DNA from: Sphyrna mokarran
Taxonomy: Eukaryota
Direction of reading: 5' to 3'
Assembly (NCBI GenBank): GCA_024679065.1
Contig: JAGIQG010000003.1
Span: forward strand, 94,178,001 to 94,242,000
Length of the DNA stretch: 64,000 nucleotides
Shown: positions 60,566 through 64,000 of the stretch, piece after piece
Layout of the letters: each line of letters opens with the position of its first letter
Numbering within the stretch: position 1 is the stretch's first letter
The notes under the pieces: model-generated
What the model saw: only the letters and a program-made list of their open reading frames with translations
What the model was told of the DNA's origin: nothing
Databases searched by the model: none
Position numbers and translations under genes: made by a program

Positions 60566-62644
60566 ATCCATTAGCCGATCCCAAAGGTCATGAACTTAAT
60601 CTAAAACTTAATTTCTTTGATCTTTCATAGCTCACTTTTCAAAACATTTTACCATCAGTTTTTCTAATTATATAAGATAGAAATTGCAAGCAAGTTGGGA
60701 ACTGTCTCAATTTATATAATTAGAAATTCTTCTAATGATTATCATTGGGCTTTATAGCAAGTACACTTATTTTTGGTTATCACAGAAACACATAAGCATA
60801 TACAATTTCCAATTTCTTATGATTTTGTCAATATTAAAAAAAAATCTTTTTAATATTGTCAATTATATGCCATGTTCTTTTATAAATTAGGAAATCATTA
60901 CTGAATCTTTGACATGAAATATGTGTTAGCTTAAACTAGAATTATGTATCTTCTTCCACAATGGAATGTTTGCAGTTTGAAACAAAATTGCTAATTGTAC
61001 AAGATCTCCTTAAATCTAAGGCACCTTAAACTCAAAATTAAGTTTAAATAATTTAATTTATCCTGGCTGTGAATAATCTTAGCTGACAGATTAACTGAAG
61101 TGATCTTTTGCATATTGCTGTAATGTACTGGAGGTGACTTTTGAATGAACAGAAAAGGGGTTTATTAAACTATGATGACTGTTTATACCATTGAGTTTGA
61201 CAGAAACATCACACAGGTCTGCTCTCTTCTTCTTCCTGATTCCAGCTGAACTTTTCTCAGTCACCAGGGCACATGACCTTGTACCCAATTGACCTCGGTT
61301 TCCATACTTATGTTCTAAAGAGTCAAGCCCAATCATGAGCCTGTAAAGGATTGTCCCTTACCACAAATACAATATAGAAAAGTCATTAGCAGCTCATTCT
61401 TCCTTACCAATCTGTTCCATTTGGATTTGCTGTATCCATTACATAACAACATTACCAAAATGTTCTTGCACAAACTGCTTTGAACCAGAATTATCTATCA
61501 CATTGATAGTGTGGCGAATGGCACTATTGCTGTTATTTCAGTAAATCGTACAGCAATTTCAGCCAAAGAGCTGATGCACAGTTAAAGGTAAATATGCAAA
61601 ATTTGCTGTCAGAGTTTCTGATTCCCTGCACTAGTGGTTCTCCTGTTGCTGGGTAATAGCTGAGTTTTCTTTTAATTCATGTTAACTTTCCTAAATCACT
61701 AACCTCCTTATGAATGCAGATCTCTACTTCAAGGATCATAAAATGTTATGAAAATGCAGGTAAGCAAACAGATCTACAGATTTACAGGAAACTCTTTGAA
61801 ATATAACCAAAACTTAGGTTCTCCCTTTTTCAACACAGAAATACAGAAATATAAATTAAAATTAAAGCTGCAGCTTATTTGTAATACACACGAATACTTA
61901 CTTAACTTACTTAAAATTGTCTCTTGTTTCTAACATAATCCATCTGAGGCCATGAAAATTTACTTTTGAAAGTTAGGAATTTCATTTTTCTTTTGAATTT
62001 TTCAGTAAAATTTTAAAAGTGTAAAATTTTATTGATATTTTAAAACCTCATTGGTTCAGGACCATGCTGTTTTTTGCCCTGCTCGGTGACATCCATGATA
62101 TCCTGTTATCCTTGTTGTGCTGGTATCATTTTGCACCAACTTTGTGTGCCAAAAGATTTTTGAGCTGAATGTACAAATCTAATTAGTTGCAGATGTCATT
62201 AGGTAATTCTGACCCACCATCTTGTTTCTTTATTCTGCATATATGTTTCTTCATGTATTCGTCATTTTTCTTATCTTAGCACGACTAAATGTCTTGCAGC
62301 CTAAAGCTTCAAAAATACAAATCAATTTGCCAAAGGTCAGACAACTAAAGAACAATACTCAACATGTCAAAATGAGTGGAGGCAATATTGAAATAAGTAA
62401 ATAGAGGACAATATATTCTTCTCTTTGAAATATTAATTAATAATCTCATTTAAAACAGGATCCTTAACTATGGTAGAATATCACAAGTAGTGTATTGATC
62501 TACCTGACATTAATTAAAAATATATTTTATTGTTTAAAGTATCTGAAGCTGATGAACTGTTAGGCAGTGGCTCACAGTACCACAAAAACTAATGTAGAAC
62601 TAAAAGAATGTTGCTGTTGAAGCACTAGATTTGAAGATCAGAGG

Positions 62645-62982
62645 ATCATAGAAACCCTACAGTGCAAAAGGAGGCCATTTGGCCCATTGAGTCTGCACTG
62701 ACAACAATCCCACTCTCGGCCCTTGCCCCATTATCCCACACATTTGCCCCACTAATCCCTCTAATGGACACATCCTGGACACTAAGGCACAATTTCACAT
62801 GGCCAATCAATCTAATTCGCAGATTTTTGGACTATGGGAGGAAATCGGAGCATCTGGAGGAAACCCACGCAGACATGGGGAGAATGTGCAAATTCCACAC
62901 AGACAGTGACCCAAGCTGGGAATCAAACCAGGGTTCCTGGAGCTGAGGCACAAGTGCTAACCACTGTGCCACTGTGCTACCC
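62645..62982 (-). mobile_element. Full-length HE1-type SINE
   Basis: Minus strand gggtagcacaGTGGCACAGTGGttagc...GGTTTGATTCC (A/B boxes), V-domain-like body, CR1-type tail ctgtagggtttctatgat. Confidence 0.9.
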
Positions 62983-63409
62983 ATGTGTTCATTATTCGTA
63001 AAGTGCAGAATTTCAATCATTGTGAATTATGGAAAGATGCAACATCTTTCCAAATATTAGAAGATGATTAATGGATGGTCATTTAAAGTTGTGCTATAAC
63101 TTATTTTACCTGCAGTTGTTATTTCCATTATTGAAAAATATGAAAAATTGTAATATAAGAAATCATCTGTGATAAAATAATCCTGACCTCAAAAGAAGCC
63201 TTCTTTAAGGCTTTGTGTGGCAAGTGTCAAGGTACAGCAGTAAAAGCTGGGCCATCGTGACTAATAATGAAGCTCAAAATGGAGCATTTGAAATGAAAGA
63301 ACTTGAATGATATTATGTGTGTCACAGAAAGCCAAGCAAACAAACGAGTCGGTTCTGAAAAAGCTGGTGTTAAGAGGACCTTGTTTGAGGCAGTGATATC
63401 AAGGGTGCT

Positions 63410-64000
63410 CCATAAGACCATAAGACATCGGAGCAGAATTAGACCGTTTGGCTCATTGAGTCTGCTCCGCCATTCAATTATGGCTGATATTTTTCTCATC
63501 CCCATTCTCCTGCCCTTCCCACATAATCACTGATTTCTTCATTAATCAAGAACCTACTTATCTCTGTCTTAAAGACACTCAATGACCTGACCTCCACAGC
63601 CTTCTGCGACAAAGAGTTCCACACATTCATCACTCTCTGACTGAAGAAATCCCCCCTCATCTTTGTTTTAAAGGATCATCTCTTTAACCTGAGGTTGTGC
63701 TTCTGGTTCTAGTTTTTCCTCTCTATGTCCATTCTATCCAGACCTCTCATTATCCTGTAAGTTTCAATAAGATTCCCCCCTCATCCTTCTAAACTGCAAT
63801 AAGTACAGACCCAGAGACCTCAATCATTCCTGATACAACCAACTCTTTATTCCAGAGATCATTCTTGTGAACCTCCTTTGAACCCTTCTCAAGGCCAGCA
63901 CATCCTTCCTTAGATATGGGGCCCAAAACTGTTCACAATACTCCAAATGGATCTGACGAGAGCTTTGTGCTGCCTCAGAAGTACATCTTTGCCCTGGTAT
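63410..64000 (-). mobile_element. CR1 LINE 3' end (runs off window)
   Basis: cataagaccataagac tail; antisense of YCEQFWAPYLRKDVLAL..VQRRFTRMI...NLIETYRI. Confidence 0.9.

Noticed and set aside
60829-60858. 12-bp perfect hairpin caatattaaaaa/tttttaatattg
   Set aside because: Almost all A/T; plausible by chance in this composition
62900-62982. tRNA-like A/B boxes as a tRNA gene (likewise 47303-47390, 57440-57537)
   Set aside because: They are SINE/LINE heads continuous with repeat bodies; no complete cloverleaf seen
1-64000. Prokaryotic-type systems (operons, CRISPR, defence islands) or endogenous non-retroviral virus genes
   Set aside because: Sequence is vertebrate repeat-rich DNA; no long intact ORFs, repeat-spacer arrays or viral hallmark motifs were seen

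Overview
Eukaryotic, AT-rich, CpG-poor, repeat-dense DNA, very probably from a shark (elasmobranch), judged from HE1-type SINEs and their CR1/HER1-type partner LINEs. I recognise no host protein-coding gene, rRNA, tRNA gene or CRISPR array. It looks like intergenic or deep-intronic sequence. The longer ORFs I can identify are decayed transposon pieces: Penelope GIY-YIG/RT, CR1 ORF2, Gypsy gag/pol, Rex1/Babar, RTE, L2, and PIF/Harbinger transposase plus Myb/SANT partner. The rest look like chance ORFs. Most interesting structures: (i) a LINE, present twice, whose tRNA-like Pol III head runs straight into the APE endonuclease with no ORF1, plus SINEs that look like independent internal-deletion derivatives of it; (ii) two miniature Penelope-end insertions with 10-12 bp TSDs, a shared inversion breakpoint and hammerhead-ribozyme remnants; (iii) an unexplained ungapped 145-bp inverted repeat; (iv) a Gypsy pol/partial-LTR fragment bracketed by a 36-bp direct repeat; (v) several repeat-free, CpG-retaining blocks that may be conserved non-coding elements or small exons. 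Family names come from recognising protein motifs and from memory of repeat consensus sequences, not from database searches. Boundaries of old repeats are approximate (about 10-30 bp).
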